A stretch of DNA of 64,000 nt from Microcoleus sp. GTDB lineage: Bacteria > Cyanobacteriota > Cyanobacteriia > Cyanobacteriales > Microcoleaceae. Location: positions 640,001 to 704,000 of the forward strand of contig CP181291.1 in NCBI GenBank assembly GCA_052279835.1, written 5' to 3'. The notes under the pieces are model-generated. The model ran no database searches and was not told the origin of the DNA. It saw nothing but the letters and a program-made list of their open reading frames with translations. Position numbers and translations under genes: made by a program. The first letter of the stretch is position 1, and every line of letters starts with the position of its first letter. Below, one piece after another: positions 40,997 to 51,545 of the stretch.

Positions 40997-41670
40997 GATT
41001 GGAGGTTGTTAACTGTTAGCTTTTGACTGTTAATGGTTGACTGTATATATATGAGGAATAAATTCGGCGATCGGGACATTCAAAATTGCTAAAATCATCG
41101 ATCTTAGTGAATTTTACCTCTGCCGTCTGCCGTCTTCCTTATAGTATAGTGAGTCAACTCATGTCTCCATTAATATTAACCTAATTTGCTCTAAATGAAC
41201 ATAGCGGGAAAAAGTAGTAGCTGAATAGCTCTGCTGTTTTGATTTTTTGATTTGGGTATTAATTGAGAACAGCTACTTGTTGAAGAAGTCGAGTAGATGG
41301 CGATTGTGCGATCGGCAAATAATCACCAGATTCTGCTATATAAGAATCAAGCGGATAAGACTGACCTCAAGGAAACACTTGGGATGGATTGAAGTAAGAT
41401 CGGGGCGATCGACACAGAGCCGATAGCCAGCGTAGGCCAAAGCCCGGTAAACTGTCCCTAAATCTTCCTAGAAAAAATTAGCCGGGACAGCAGACTCAGC
41501 AACATAGGCAGTAAAATTGGCATTTCTGTTGCTAGGATAATTGGTTGATAGTAGGTCGTGAACCGATCGACATAACCGGAGTCTTCCCGGTCGTTAAGAT
41601 AAAACACTTAACTGTCAAAGCTAAAAGTTATGCCGTTGAGCAATTTTACAAATTTTGAGGCAGACAATCT

Positions 41671-42141
41671 ATGATGTCCTCCGCTAAATTACTTAATTCG
41701 GGAATATTCAAAGGATTATCGCTGCTGTTGCCCCTCACTCTGGCAGGCGCGATGGCTTCTCCCACCTATCCCCAAGCAACCCCGCCCCGCACCCTCAGCG
41801 TGCGATCGGACATCCAAGAAGCAGACTCCAAAACCGGCATCGTGACAGCCCGTGGTAACGTCCAAATCAACTACCCAGCCCGCCAAATGCAGGCCACCGC
41901 AGCTCAAGCCCAATACTTCAGCCGCGAGCGCCGGATCATTCTCAGCGGAGACGTTTACGTCTTGCAGCAGGGGAACAGCCTGCGGGGCGAAACCGTGACA
42001 TATCTAATCGACGAAGGGCGGTTTATTGCCCTACCAGACAAACCAGGGCAGGTAGAATCCGTCTATCTGGTTGCCCCAGAGCAAGATGCAGCCGCTCAAA
42101 ATGCAGTCGGCTCCCCACGTCCCACCACAGCCCCGCGCTAA
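41671..42141 (+). CDS. lptA: LptA/OstA-family protein
   Basis: Signal-like N-terminus; TARGNV, ILSGDVYVLQ; upstream of lptB. Confidence 0.85.
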   Translation: MMSSAKLLNSGIFKGLSLLLPLTLAGAMASPTYPQATPPRTLSVRSDIQEADSKTGIVTARGNVQINYPARQMQATAAQAQYFSRERRIILSGDVYVLQQGNSLRGETVTYLIDEGRFIALPDKPGQVESVYLVAPEQDAAAQNAVGSPRPTTAPR

Positions 42142-42278
42142 AAACTGCTGGCAGCACAATTTTGCGGGGGTCCTACCCACCCCACTATTAAATTGACTGT
42201 TTGTGGAACAGGCCAGGCCGTCGGGCCTGTTCAGCAGAATCATATAAAATCTCAGATCAACTTGAAATTCGATCGCCT

Positions 42279-42410
42279 AATGCGACGCTAGTTTTGCGCT
42301 CTGTTGTTTGCAGTTAAAAAGTTTTATGGTCAATCTCGACAGTGCTGCAAGCGTAAAAAGCCCTTATAACATTGGGAAAGCGAACTTTACGAGAAATCGA
42401 AGGGACACAA
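42279..42410 (+). ncRNA. Degenerate IscB omega-RNA (HEARO-like) remnant
   Basis: GCTAGTTTTGCGCTCTG...ACAGTGCT...AACATTGGGAAAGCGAACTTTAC directly upstream of the iscB fragment; boundaries approximate. Confidence 0.5.
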
Positions 42411-42412
42411 CA

Positions 42413-42677
42413 ATGTCTATCGAACCAAATTACGTTTTAGTTTTAGATGCCAACCGCAAACCACTAACACCATGCAAACCGTCTTTGGCACGCAAATTAT
42501 TAAAGGTTGGCAAATGTAAAGTTTTCCAACTTTACCCTTTCACGATAATTTTAAAAAAAGAGGTGGTTGAAGACCCACAGCCTGTAACTTTAAAGATTGA
42601 CCCTGATTGAAAAGTTACTGGACTTGCTATACTTCTAGGCTTCGATCTAATCTAGGTAGCTGAATTAACTCATCGCG
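42413..42677 (+). pseudogene. iscB: IscB (RRXRR/PLMP domain) N-terminal fragment with two stops
   Basis: VLVLDANRKPLTPCKPSLARKLLK...YPFTIIL...LKIDPD*KVTGLAIL...I*VAELTHR; stops at 42608 and 42653; ends at the lptB ATG. Confidence 0.85.
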
Positions 42678-43406
42678 ATGAAAATTGTACTCGAAAATAT
42701 TCACAAATCCTACGGCAAACGCAATATAGTCAGTCGCGTCAATCTTTCTGTAGCACAAGGAGAAATTGTCGGATTGCTCGGTCCCAACGGTGCTGGCAAA
42801 ACTACCACCTTTTACATCGCTACGGGATTAGAAAAACCCAATCAAGGCCGGGTTTGGCTCAACGATTTAGACATCACTCAATTGCCAATGCACAAACGAG
42901 CACATTTGGGAATAGGATATCTCGCCCAAGAAGCCAGCATCTTTCGCAACATGACCGTGCGGGATAACATTTTGTTAGTCCTAGAACAAACTCAAGTGCC
43001 ACGATGGGAATGGCGCGATCGCATAGATTTCCTGTTGCAAGAATTTCGCTTAGAAAAAATTGCATCCAGTTTAGGAATTCAAATTTCCGGCGGCGAAAGA
43101 CGGCGGACTGAGCTGGCGAGAGCTTTGGCTGCGGGGCGAGACGGACCGATATTCCTATTTTTAGACGAACCCTTTGCCGGAGTAGATCCGATCGCCGTCA
43201 ACGAAATTCAAAGTATTATTGCTAAATTGCGCGATCGGCAAATCGGCATCCTGATCACGGATCACAACGTGCGAGAAACCCTAGAAATTACCGATCGAGC
43301 CTACATCATGCGAGACGGCCAAATTTTAGCATCCGGCGCAGAAGAAGAACTCTACGGCAACCCTTTAGTACGACAATATTACTTAGGCGACAACTTCGTG
43401 CGATAA
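42678..43406 (+). CDS. lptB: LPS export ABC transporter ATP-binding protein
   Basis: GPNGAGKTT, ISGGERRR, LDEPFAGVDP, ITDHNVRETL. Confidence 0.96.
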   Translation: MKIVLENIHKSYGKRNIVSRVNLSVAQGEIVGLLGPNGAGKTTTFYIATGLEKPNQGRVWLNDLDITQLPMHKRAHLGIGYLAQEASIFRNMTVRDNILLVLEQTQVPRWEWRDRIDFLLQEFRLEKIASSLGIQISGGERRRTELARALAAGRDGPIFLFLDEPFAGVDPIAVNEIQSIIAKLRDRQIGILITDHNVRETLEITDRAYIMRDGQILASGAEEELYGNPLVRQYYLGDNFVR

Positions 43407-43487
43407 TCTCCTGAAGGAATGGAAGAGCGGGCAAAATTTAATAATTTTGATTTTGAATAAAAGAAGAATCTGCGATCGCGTGCAACT

Positions 43488-44654
43488 ATGAAAATAGCAA
43501 TGTCCAAATCTTTCAATCCCCTCAACTGGCTGCCGAGAATTTCGGTAATGGACTGGTACATTGTCAAAGAACTAATGGGTCCATTTCTATTTGGTGTCGG
43601 ACTCTTTACATCCGTAGCCATCACCGTCGGTGCCTTATTTGAATTAGTACGCAGAGTCGCAGAATCAGGCCTCCCCTACGGCGCAGCCCTGGAAATTTTC
43701 ATGCTACAAATTCCCTATTTCGTAGTATTAGCTTTCCCCATGTCAATGCTGTTAGCTACCTTAATGGCTTACAGCCGAATGTCGAGCGATAGCGAACTCG
43801 TAGCCCTACGCAGTTGTGGAGTTAGCGTCTACCGACTGGTAATCCCAGCAGTGATTTTAGGGTTAGTTGTCACAGCCCTTACCTTCCCCTTACAAGAATT
43901 AGTGGTACCGGCGGCCAACTACCGGGCTACATTGACTTTAGACAAAGCCCTGAAGCGAGAAACACCGCAATTTCAAAAAGGCAATATTATTTACACAGAA
44001 TTTCGGAAAGCTGACAAAAGCGCCAATGAAACCCTAGCCCGCTTTTTTTATGCAGAAGAATTTGACGGGAAACGCATGAAAGGTTTAACAATTATCGATC
44101 GCTCCACCCCCGGCCTCAATCAAATAGTTTCTTCAGAATCAGCAACCTGGAATCCCTCCGAAAACACCTGGGATTTTTTCAACGGCACCGCTTATATAGT
44201 AGCTCCTGATGGTTCTTACCGCAATATCGTTAGATTTGAACACCAACAATTGAAACTACCCCGCACACCCTTAGATTTAGCAGCTAGAGCGCGGGATTTT
44301 AAGGAAATGAATATTGCCCAAGCTTTAGAGCGATTGGAGTTAATTAAAAACAGTGGTGACGAACCACAAATTCGCAAACTTAGGGTGAGAATTCAAGAGA
44401 AATATGCTTTTCCCTTTGTGTCTATGGTATTTGCGATTGTCGGAGCCGCTTTGGGCACTCAACCGCGTCGCTCTGGTAAAGGCACGAGTTTTGGTATTAG
44501 CGTAGTGGTGATTTTCACTTACTATGTATTTTCTTTCATCACCAGTTCTATGGGTGTGAAAGCTGTCTTGAGTCCCATCCTATCAGCTTGGCTGCCGATC
44601 GCCTTTGGCTTTGGCATCGGCGGACTCTTGTTAGTACGAGCCGCCTCTAGGTAA
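43488..44654 (+). CDS. LptF/LptG-family permease
   Basis: MDWYIVKEL...PMSMLLATL...DSELVALRSCGVS; multiple TMs; follows lptB. Confidence 0.92.
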   Translation: MKIAMSKSFNPLNWLPRISVMDWYIVKELMGPFLFGVGLFTSVAITVGALFELVRRVAESGLPYGAALEIFMLQIPYFVVLAFPMSMLLATLMAYSRMSSDSELVALRSCGVSVYRLVIPAVILGLVVTALTFPLQELVVPAANYRATLTLDKALKRETPQFQKGNIIYTEFRKADKSANETLARFFYAEEFDGKRMKGLTIIDRSTPGLNQIVSSESATWNPSENTWDFFNGTAYIVAPDGSYRNIVRFEHQQLKLPRTPLDLAARARDFKEMNIAQALERLELIKNSGDEPQIRKLRVRIQEKYAFPFVSMVFAIVGAALGTQPRRSGKGTSFGISVVVIFTYYVFSFITSSMGVKAVLSPILSAWLPIAFGFGIGGLLLVRAASR

Positions 44655-44765
44655 GGACATCGGGGCATTTGAGATATGAGATTTGAAATTTTTTTGAATT
44701 AAAATCTGACTCCAGCTCTCCCCATCTTCCATAAGTCCTCGGCCCTAAAAAAGAAGGATTACCTA

Positions 44766-44880
44766 TTGACTTTCGTTGATTTGGCATGATATTATTAGAT
44801 AATGGGAGTGGTGACAAAAATAATTATTTTTGTCACCACTCCCATTATTAGATTGTACCTTATTAAACGGCAAGAGTCAA
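44766..44880. promoter_or_regulatory. Two convergent sigma70-like promoters facing a perfect 50-bp palindrome (44799-44848)
   Basis: Plus strand TTGACT(44766)-18-TATTAT(44790); minus strand TTGACT(44880)-17-TACAAT(44857). Confidence 0.65.
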
Positions 44881-44947
44881 GCGTTTAACCCTAAAAAAAA
44901 AGGCGATTTTTTTTATATTCAATCGAATAAAAAATCACATAAAAAAT

Positions 44948-46303
44948 CTATGGGTTAGAAAAAGTATTGATTTCGCCTCCACCAAGATAGCGTCCTGGAA
45001 TCTGTCGCTGTGGAGGAGAAGGCTGTGGTGGAATTGGTGGCAGGCCCTGATTTGTGTTTTGAGGAACAACTCCAAAATTAGACTGGGTTGGCGAGTTGGA
45101 CTGACTAGGCTGAGCTGATTTAAATTGAGAATTGGCTGAATTGGGAGATAATTGAGGGTTAAGGATTTTGGTTTCGACTATCGCACTAGGAACAGCAGAT
45201 TTTTCGACATTGGGAAGTAGCTGTATGGGGGAAGGTGTGGCGACGGGAATTACAGAAGGTTGAGTTTTAGGTATGAAATCGGAACCGGATAAATTAGTTT
45301 GGTAGGGATTTTTGGGTGCCGCCACATTTACAGGCTGTATGGTAATTTCGGGCATAACTGGTACTGTGGAATTTAATCGGCCCCAGGATTCAGGTAATGT
45401 GGTGGATGGGTTGGAAACTGGCTGAGAGTCGTTAATAATATTTGTGGAAGCCGGAACCGGGGTAAGTGCAGTGGGAAAATTCACAGGATTTGGTTTTGCT
45501 TGAGCTGTAGTGGTGGTTGGGAGCAAATTGTCGGGATTTGTAGGAGACAAAGTGCCGTTTAGTCGATCGGGCAATTTACTTTCCTTGGCAGTTTTTTCAG
45601 TAGAATTCGCCACTACTAAAGTGTCGGCAGCGATGTATTTTTTCATAGCTGCTTGTAAGGGACTTAAAGGAAGAGAATTTGGGTTTTTTTTGCCTGAACT
45701 AGCACTACCGTTCGCCTGGGATAAATTTGCTGTCTCCAAGGAGTCTCCCAGGCCAAGGTTGGAAGTCGCGGCAGTCTGCCCGCCGTCGAGAGAAGGACTC
45801 AAAGCTGATGTGGCGTTTGCAGTGGCCAAGCTTGAGTTTGTCTGGTTATTTTGGGTGGCGGAAGCCAAAGGATTTGCGATATTGGGGAGGGATAAAGATG
45901 TGTTGATTGCTGGCTGCTTGGAAACTAGAGAGGGCGGAAATTTTTCGGCTCGCCTAGCGCTAATTTCATCGAATAAACCTTGGGTTTTGACTATGGGTGA
46001 ATTAAAAAAACCGAGTTCTGGATTAGAGCGATTGAATTGATTGACTAGCAGGGGTACGCTATCGATTTCAGCAGCAATTGCACTATCTTCAGCAGATAGC
46101 CCCGCGATGGGAGTGGGATTATTGGAAGTTGCTACATCTTCGCCATCTATGCTCAAGCGTTCTGGATTTACCGATACCTCCCAGATAAACAAACTCCCGG
46201 CACAGAGAACTGCTAGCGGTGCCCAAACCATAGGCTGCATCCAGTGGCGTAACCGCGCTATGAGATAGCGGACAGATGTAGGGAATCGTTTAAAACTTGA
46301 CAT
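44948..46303 (-). CDS. Hypothetical membrane-anchored Pro/Ser/Asn-rich protein
   Basis: 451-aa ORF with an N-terminal TM and C-terminal PGRYLGGGEINTFSNP. Confidence 0.75.
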   Translation of the reverse strand: MSSFKRFPTSVRYLIARLRHWMQPMVWAPLAVLCAGSLFIWEVSVNPERLSIDGEDVATSNNPTPIAGLSAEDSAIAAEIDSVPLLVNQFNRSNPELGFFNSPIVKTQGLFDEISARRAEKFPPSLVSKQPAINTSLSLPNIANPLASATQNNQTNSSLATANATSALSPSLDGGQTAATSNLGLGDSLETANLSQANGSASSGKKNPNSLPLSPLQAAMKKYIAADTLVVANSTEKTAKESKLPDRLNGTLSPTNPDNLLPTTTTAQAKPNPVNFPTALTPVPASTNIINDSQPVSNPSTTLPESWGRLNSTVPVMPEITIQPVNVAAPKNPYQTNLSGSDFIPKTQPSVIPVATPSPIQLLPNVEKSAVPSAIVETKILNPQLSPNSANSQFKSAQPSQSNSPTQSNFGVVPQNTNQGLPPIPPQPSPPQRQIPGRYLGGGEINTFSNP

Positions 46304-46659
46304 AGTTTTGCTTTGGTATTTAGCACAGACTTAAAACAAGTTTTGGTAATTATATTATATCCTGTTTATGCTGTTGGCTGTCAAAGACTGCGAGGATTCC
46401 CGTAGGGAATAGCTTCGCACGGGCGCACTTTTGAGGAAAAATAGCTTCAAATATCTACAAAATATGAATTTATCTAAAGCAGGTTGAGAAAATAATTGAT
46501 TGCCCATTAAAATCAACGGCTCATGAGGATGATAAAATTCGAGTTAGCACGGTGTCAATCCTGCTGGAGGGGGTTTGGCGATCGACTGACAAGGAAAAAA
46601 AGTTACAGCCGGCGTTGGCAATTACCGACGACGATCTAAGACAATTTGAAATTAAAAAG

Positions 46660-47388
46660 ATGACAAAAGTAGTAGAAGTATTAGCCAATCGGGAAGAATT
46701 AATAGCTCGATCGCTCTCGGTTGTGTGCTCCCAAATCCAAGCAGCCATAGCAGAACGAGGAATATGTACGATCGCCGCAGCAGGCGGAAGCACACCAGAA
46801 CCACTTTACAAATTGCTGAGCGCTCAAGACTTGCCGTGGGATAAAATTCACGTTTTCTGGGGGGATGAACGCTACGTACCTTCAGACCACCAGGATAGCA
46901 ATCAAAAAATGGCACGTCTGGCATGGCTGGACAAAGTAAACATCCCCCCCAGTAACATTCACCCGATGCCGACAGGTAGTGGGGACCCGGCCGCGGATGC
47001 CTTGGCCTACCAAACTGAATTGCAACAGTTCTTCCAGGTATCCGAGGGGGAGTTTCCGGCGATCGATATAATTTTATTAGGGATCGGAGACGACGCCCAC
47101 ACAGCCTCTCTATTTCCCCACACAGCGGCTTTACAAGTGCGCGATGCCCTAGTGACGGTGGGTAACAAGGACGGTCAACCCCGCATCACGTTTACAGTTC
47201 CCTTAATTAACCATGCTCGTTGTGTCATCTTCATTGTGGCAGGAGGCAGCAAAAAACCAGCCCTCGCTCAAATTTTTGCCCCCGTAGCCGATGACTTGAC
47301 TTATCCATCCAGACTGATTCAACCGAGTGGCGAACTCTTGTGGTTGCTAGATGCGGCAGCGGGGGAAGAGTTACAATCCCTCGGTTAG
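46660..47388 (+). CDS. pgl: 6-phosphogluconolactonase
   Basis: GGSTP, FWGDERYVP, SNQKM, LLGIGDDAHTASLFP; likely start MTKVVEV. Confidence 0.95.
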   Translation: MTKVVEVLANREELIARSLSVVCSQIQAAIAERGICTIAAAGGSTPEPLYKLLSAQDLPWDKIHVFWGDERYVPSDHQDSNQKMARLAWLDKVNIPPSNIHPMPTGSGDPAADALAYQTELQQFFQVSEGEFPAIDIILLGIGDDAHTASLFPHTAALQVRDALVTVGNKDGQPRITFTVPLINHARCVIFIVAGGSKKPALAQIFAPVADDLTYPSRLIQPSGELLWLLDAAAGEELQSLG

Positions 47389-47684
47389 GTGTGGGGTGAT
47401 AGGTGTGGGAGTGTGCAAATATAGTATTATAAAACTTCATTAAGATTATAATCATCGATCGACGCTGGTGCTATTGAGGGTAACAGAAAGCCACAGCCAT
47501 CAAGCCGTGGATTACTTGATTAACTTCAAAAAGCCCGTCATCCCTCCCAGAACCGCCCAAGGCCAGTTGCTAGCATTGGCAAAGCAATAGGAGAATGGTG
47601 GCGGTTAAAGTTAAAATTTGACCGTACACTAAACTATTTTTATGAGGCTGATTTGAAAATCTGGCCGATAGCAAGGAGAAATCG

Positions 47685-48476
47685 ATGATTGTCTGTCCCA
47701 ATTGCAATCACCAAAACCCCGACGGAGCTAACCAGTGTGAGGCTTGCTACACGCCTTTACCCGTTACCGCCAGTTGCTCGAACTGCGGTGCTGCGGTTCA
47801 GACAGATGCAGCTTTTTGTGGTCAGTGTGGCTTTAATTTACGTCCAGGTTCCTCTGTTCCAGAAAGAGAGGCAACTGTAGTGCCATCCTCTGTGGGCCCG
47901 ACAGTGGTATCGCCATTGATGCCAGATTTAGTGTCGCCGGAACCCCTGATAGTACCGGAAACTGTCGTGACGGCAAATCCAGGACCTAACTTGGAAAAAA
48001 CTCCCCTTAGCATTCCGCCTGCTGTTCCCGACGCGCCACCATTACCCTCGGTTGCTGTTACCACTGAACCTGTGGCAATCTCCGTTAATACTACTCCTCC
48101 GGTTGCTGGCCAACCGACACCTGGTGTAGCTAAAACTCAACTGCAACAGCAGTCAGCAAGGCTGATACACGTCCAGACCAATACGCTGATGGAATTGCCT
48201 CACAATCTTTCTGTGATTCATATAGGCAAGCCCAATGACTTGGTACCCCCGGATATTGATGTTGCCGGATTTGCTAATTCTGAGATCGTCTCCAGGGTAC
48301 ACGCTAACCTCCGGGTTGAGGGAGATGCTTGCTACCTAGAGGATGTGGGTAGTTCCAACGGTACTTATGTCAACAATACTCCCCTGCCCAAGGGAAATCG
48401 ACACCGGTTGCGACCGGGAGATCGCATCTCTTTGGGTAAAGGAGACCTGGTTACGTTTCTATTTCAAGTTTCTTAG
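47685..48476 (+). CDS. fraH: Double zinc-ribbon + FHA domain protein (FraH-like)
   Basis: CPNC/CEAC/CSNC/CGQC, Pro-rich linker, FHA motifs IGK...VSRVHA...SSNGTY; follows pgl. Confidence 0.8.
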   Translation: MIVCPNCNHQNPDGANQCEACYTPLPVTASCSNCGAAVQTDAAFCGQCGFNLRPGSSVPEREATVVPSSVGPTVVSPLMPDLVSPEPLIVPETVVTANPGPNLEKTPLSIPPAVPDAPPLPSVAVTTEPVAISVNTTPPVAGQPTPGVAKTQLQQQSARLIHVQTNTLMELPHNLSVIHIGKPNDLVPPDIDVAGFANSEIVSRVHANLRVEGDACYLEDVGSSNGTYVNNTPLPKGNRHRLRPGDRISLGKGDLVTFLFQVS

Positions 48477-48558
48477 ATCGAGTTTGGATTGGGCGAAAGA
48501 AAGTCTAAAATCTAAAATCGCATCAAGAATCGCTCTACCAAAACTCACTGCTGCCAAT

Positions 48559-49043
48559 GTGATTAAGCTGACCTTGCTACATCCACTCCAGTCTATACCA
48601 GTCCGCAGTTGGACCTTTGAAGACGAAGAGGTCGTCTGCATTGGGCGATCGACAGAAAGCCACGTAGTTCTTTTCAGTGCGGTGGTTTCTCGTCGCCACA
48701 TAGAATTGCGGCGATCAGGGAAAAACTGGAATTGATTAATTTAGGCACCAATGGCACTTACCTCGATGGTCAACCGATCGCGAGCATTCCCATTGTGGAC
48801 GGTCTGATCGTTCACTTGGCTCGATCGGGGCCGAAAATTCAAATCAACTTTGTCCCCAATCCGCCCTCCGTCCAGGTCGAAAAAATTAGCGTCAGTCCGA
48901 GGGATACTAAAGCAATTTATGCTCCTTTAGAAGTGGCGCAAGTCGTCACGATTCCGATTCCCGAAGAAACAGAAATTGGCATTTCTAAGGAAGAGGATGA
49001 TTTAACGGAGGCGGAGAATAATCGCGATTATGCTGCTGAATAA
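48559..49043 (+). pseudogene. FHA-domain gene split by a 1-bp frameshift near 48730
   Basis: GTG start VIKLTLLHP...IGRS...VSRRH...KNW, then LINLGTNGTY in another frame; colinear with the paralog at 49274. Confidence 0.8.
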
Positions 49044-49273
49044 TCCTATGAAGTCAGTGTATGATGGTCGATATTTCCAGAAATTATGGTGGAACAGGCC
49101 AAACAGCCTGTTCAAAGCTGGCTTTTCTGGAGATGGGAGATGTCTAATAGATCGCGTCAATGTACCACTAAACTGGGTGGCGCTGAGGTTTCCTGTTTAT
49201 GCTCCGCGTCGCTCTGTACTAGCCCAGGTCAAGTACAAGGCTTTGGATTTATGCCTAAATTTCTGTAAGATCA

Positions 49274-49711
49274 GTGATTACCTTAACCCTACTTCATCCT
49301 ATCCAATCAGTCCCAGTTCAAAGTTGGTCTTTTGACTCCGAATCAGTGGTTCGGATCGGTCGATCGAACGACAATGATGTAATTATTTACAGCGCTGTTG
49401 TGTCTCGCCACCACGTCGAGTTGTGGAACCATCCCTTTGGCTGGGAAATTATTAATTTTGGCGCTAATGGCACTTACATCAATGACCAATCCATCGCTCA
49501 AGCCTTGGTGGTGGACGGGATGACCATTCGTTTGGGCAATTCTGGACCTTCTATCCGCATTCGGGTAGGTGCGACGAATCTGCCACCACAGCCATCGCGC
49601 CCTGACCAAAAAGACCAAACTTCTCCACAGAAGCAAACAGATTCTCCTTTCCGTCACGGAATCATTGAGGACGATGAAGATGGTGCCTTGACTCAAATCG
49701 ATCTTGATTAG
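49274..49711 (+). CDS. FHA-domain protein
   Basis: IGRSNDND...VSRHH...GANGTY. Confidence 0.88.
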   Translation: MITLTLLHPIQSVPVQSWSFDSESVVRIGRSNDNDVIIYSAVVSRHHVELWNHPFGWEIINFGANGTYINDQSIAQALVVDGMTIRLGNSGPSIRIRVGATNLPPQPSRPDQKDQTSPQKQTDSPFRHGIIEDDEDGALTQIDLD

Positions 49712-49773
49712 ACATCTGCAAAAAACAGGCTGGTGTGGAACAGGCTGTTTTGCCTGTTCCAGAAGAATAAGGT

Positions 49774-50352
49774 TTATCCTTCTAAAGATAAGATTGTGGG
49801 GCTATCGGTTAACAGGACTTCAGTTGCGTTACCAGCCCATCGGCGATAATCCAAAAGTAACTGGTACATCAATCGTTGTTTGACACTAAGCAGTACGCTC
49901 TTGAGCAAACCGTTACCCGTTGCTTCTAGAATTGGTTTGGGAGTAAGCCACAAAGGTGGTGGCAGCTCTACTCGTACTTCCAAATCCGCTTTTCCCTTCA
50001 GATATGTCCCCCCGCCACTTTGATGCGGTGACAACTGTCCTTTGAGATTGAGAGCAAAGCGATCGTTGATATAATCGACACCTAGAATCTCAGAGGCGAC
50101 AGACTCCAAATTGATTGTGCCGTCGGAGAGCGCCCACACCCTCATGTCTACCGTGGGTTGAATGCTCAGCATCATAAATTGTAACGGCCGCATTTTGAGC
50201 CGAAAACATTCATCACTTAGCTGCTCAGTGCGACTGCGATCGACTAGAGCATTTACAAGTCGCTTGGGCTGACGCAGATAATGTTGAATGGGAACCCGTT
50301 CCTCTGGTACGGCGATCTCAACTGATTGGCAAGCATTAAACCGGATATACAT
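49774..50352 (-). CDS. DUF1997-family protein
   Basis: HYLRQPKRLV...LEATGNGLL...LLLDYRRW. Confidence 0.82.
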   Translation of the reverse strand: MYIRFNACQSVEIAVPEERVPIQHYLRQPKRLVNALVDRSRTEQLSDECFRLKMRPLQFMMLSIQPTVDMRVWALSDGTINLESVASEILGVDYINDRFALNLKGQLSPHQSGGGTYLKGKADLEVRVELPPPLWLTPKPILEATGNGLLKSVLLSVKQRLMYQLLLDYRRWAGNATEVLLTDSPTILSLEG

Positions 50353-50571
50353 GAGACGATATCAAATTAGAGGAGTCGTAACCATATCTTAATAAACTAT
50401 AACCCTTTTCCAGTGACATAAGTCACGCAACGAGTAATGTCATCCGAGAAATAACGGAGAAAAGTTTCCCAGATACTGCGCTAATTTTCGGATTTTACTT
50501 GCTGCTATCTGGGAGAAACACAGATTTGTCCCTGTCTGCTATGTAGCCACAATTAGGTAAAATTCCCTACT

Positions 50572-51492
50572 ATGAAAATTTCGATCGCACATCTGGGCCC
50601 AGTCGGAACCAATGCAGAAACAGCCGCTCTGGCTTATGTTCAGTGGTTGAGCCAAGAAACTAACTGGGAATGCACCCTGTATCCTTATGCAACCATATCC
50701 CAGGCTCTAGAGGCATCGGCCACAGGGCTGGTTGATTTATCAGTTGTGCCCGTGGAAAATTCGATCGAAGGAAGTGTTACTGTCACCTTAGACACGTTGT
50801 GGCGACTCGATCGACTCCGCATTCAACACGCCTTAGTTTTGCCAATTTCCCACGCCCTAATTTCAAAAGCTGAAAGCTTTAATCAGATTCAAAAAGTTTA
50901 TTCTCACCCCCAAGCCCTAGCCCAGTGTCAGTCGTGGTTGGGGAAGTTTATCCCATCGGCTCAGTTAATTCCGGCGAATTCAACCACGGAATCCTTGGAT
51001 TACCTGGAGGATACAAGTGTGGCGGTGATTTCTGCACCCAGAGCGGCTCAAATTTATAATTTGCCAGTGTTAGCTCATCCGATTAATGATTATCCCGACA
51101 ATTACACTCGATTTTGGATACTCGGTAAGGGAGTTGAAGAACTGGACAATGTAGAAATAGGCAAGAGTCAACCATCAACTAAATCCATCACCAAATCCGC
51201 TGCTAAGTTGATCCTGGATGGTTCACCGTCTAATTGCACCCATACGTCCCTAGCTTTTAGCGTGCCTGCCAATATGCCGGGAGCGCTGGTAAAGCCATTA
51301 CAAGTATTTGCCAGTCGGGGGATTAATCTGAGTCGGATTGAATCTAGGCCGACTAAGCGATCGCTCGGAGAATATATTTTCTTTATGGATGTTGAAGCTA
51401 ATGCCTGTCACGCAGTGGTGCGATCGGCATTAGAAGAGCTAAAGACCTACACTGAAACTTTAAAAATATTTGGGTGTTACAGTGTACTGTAG
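50572..51492 (+). CDS. pheA: Prephenate dehydratase
   Basis: LGPVGT, VPVENSIEG, SHPQALAQC, NYTRF, ACT domain INLSRIESRP. Confidence 0.96.
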   Translation: MKISIAHLGPVGTNAETAALAYVQWLSQETNWECTLYPYATISQALEASATGLVDLSVVPVENSIEGSVTVTLDTLWRLDRLRIQHALVLPISHALISKAESFNQIQKVYSHPQALAQCQSWLGKFIPSAQLIPANSTTESLDYLEDTSVAVISAPRAAQIYNLPVLAHPINDYPDNYTRFWILGKGVEELDNVEIGKSQPSTKSITKSAAKLILDGSPSNCTHTSLAFSVPANMPGALVKPLQVFASRGINLSRIESRPTKRSLGEYIFFMDVEANACHAVVRSALEELKTYTETLKIFGCYSVL

Positions 51493-51545
51493 TATACTGT
51501 AAGTAGTACAATTTTTTCAAGTATTAAAGTTAAGAGGCTAGCAAA

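Noticed and set aside
45510..46040. 176-aa plus-strand ORF
   Set aside because: It is antisense to the 451-aa low-complexity gene and has no motifs.
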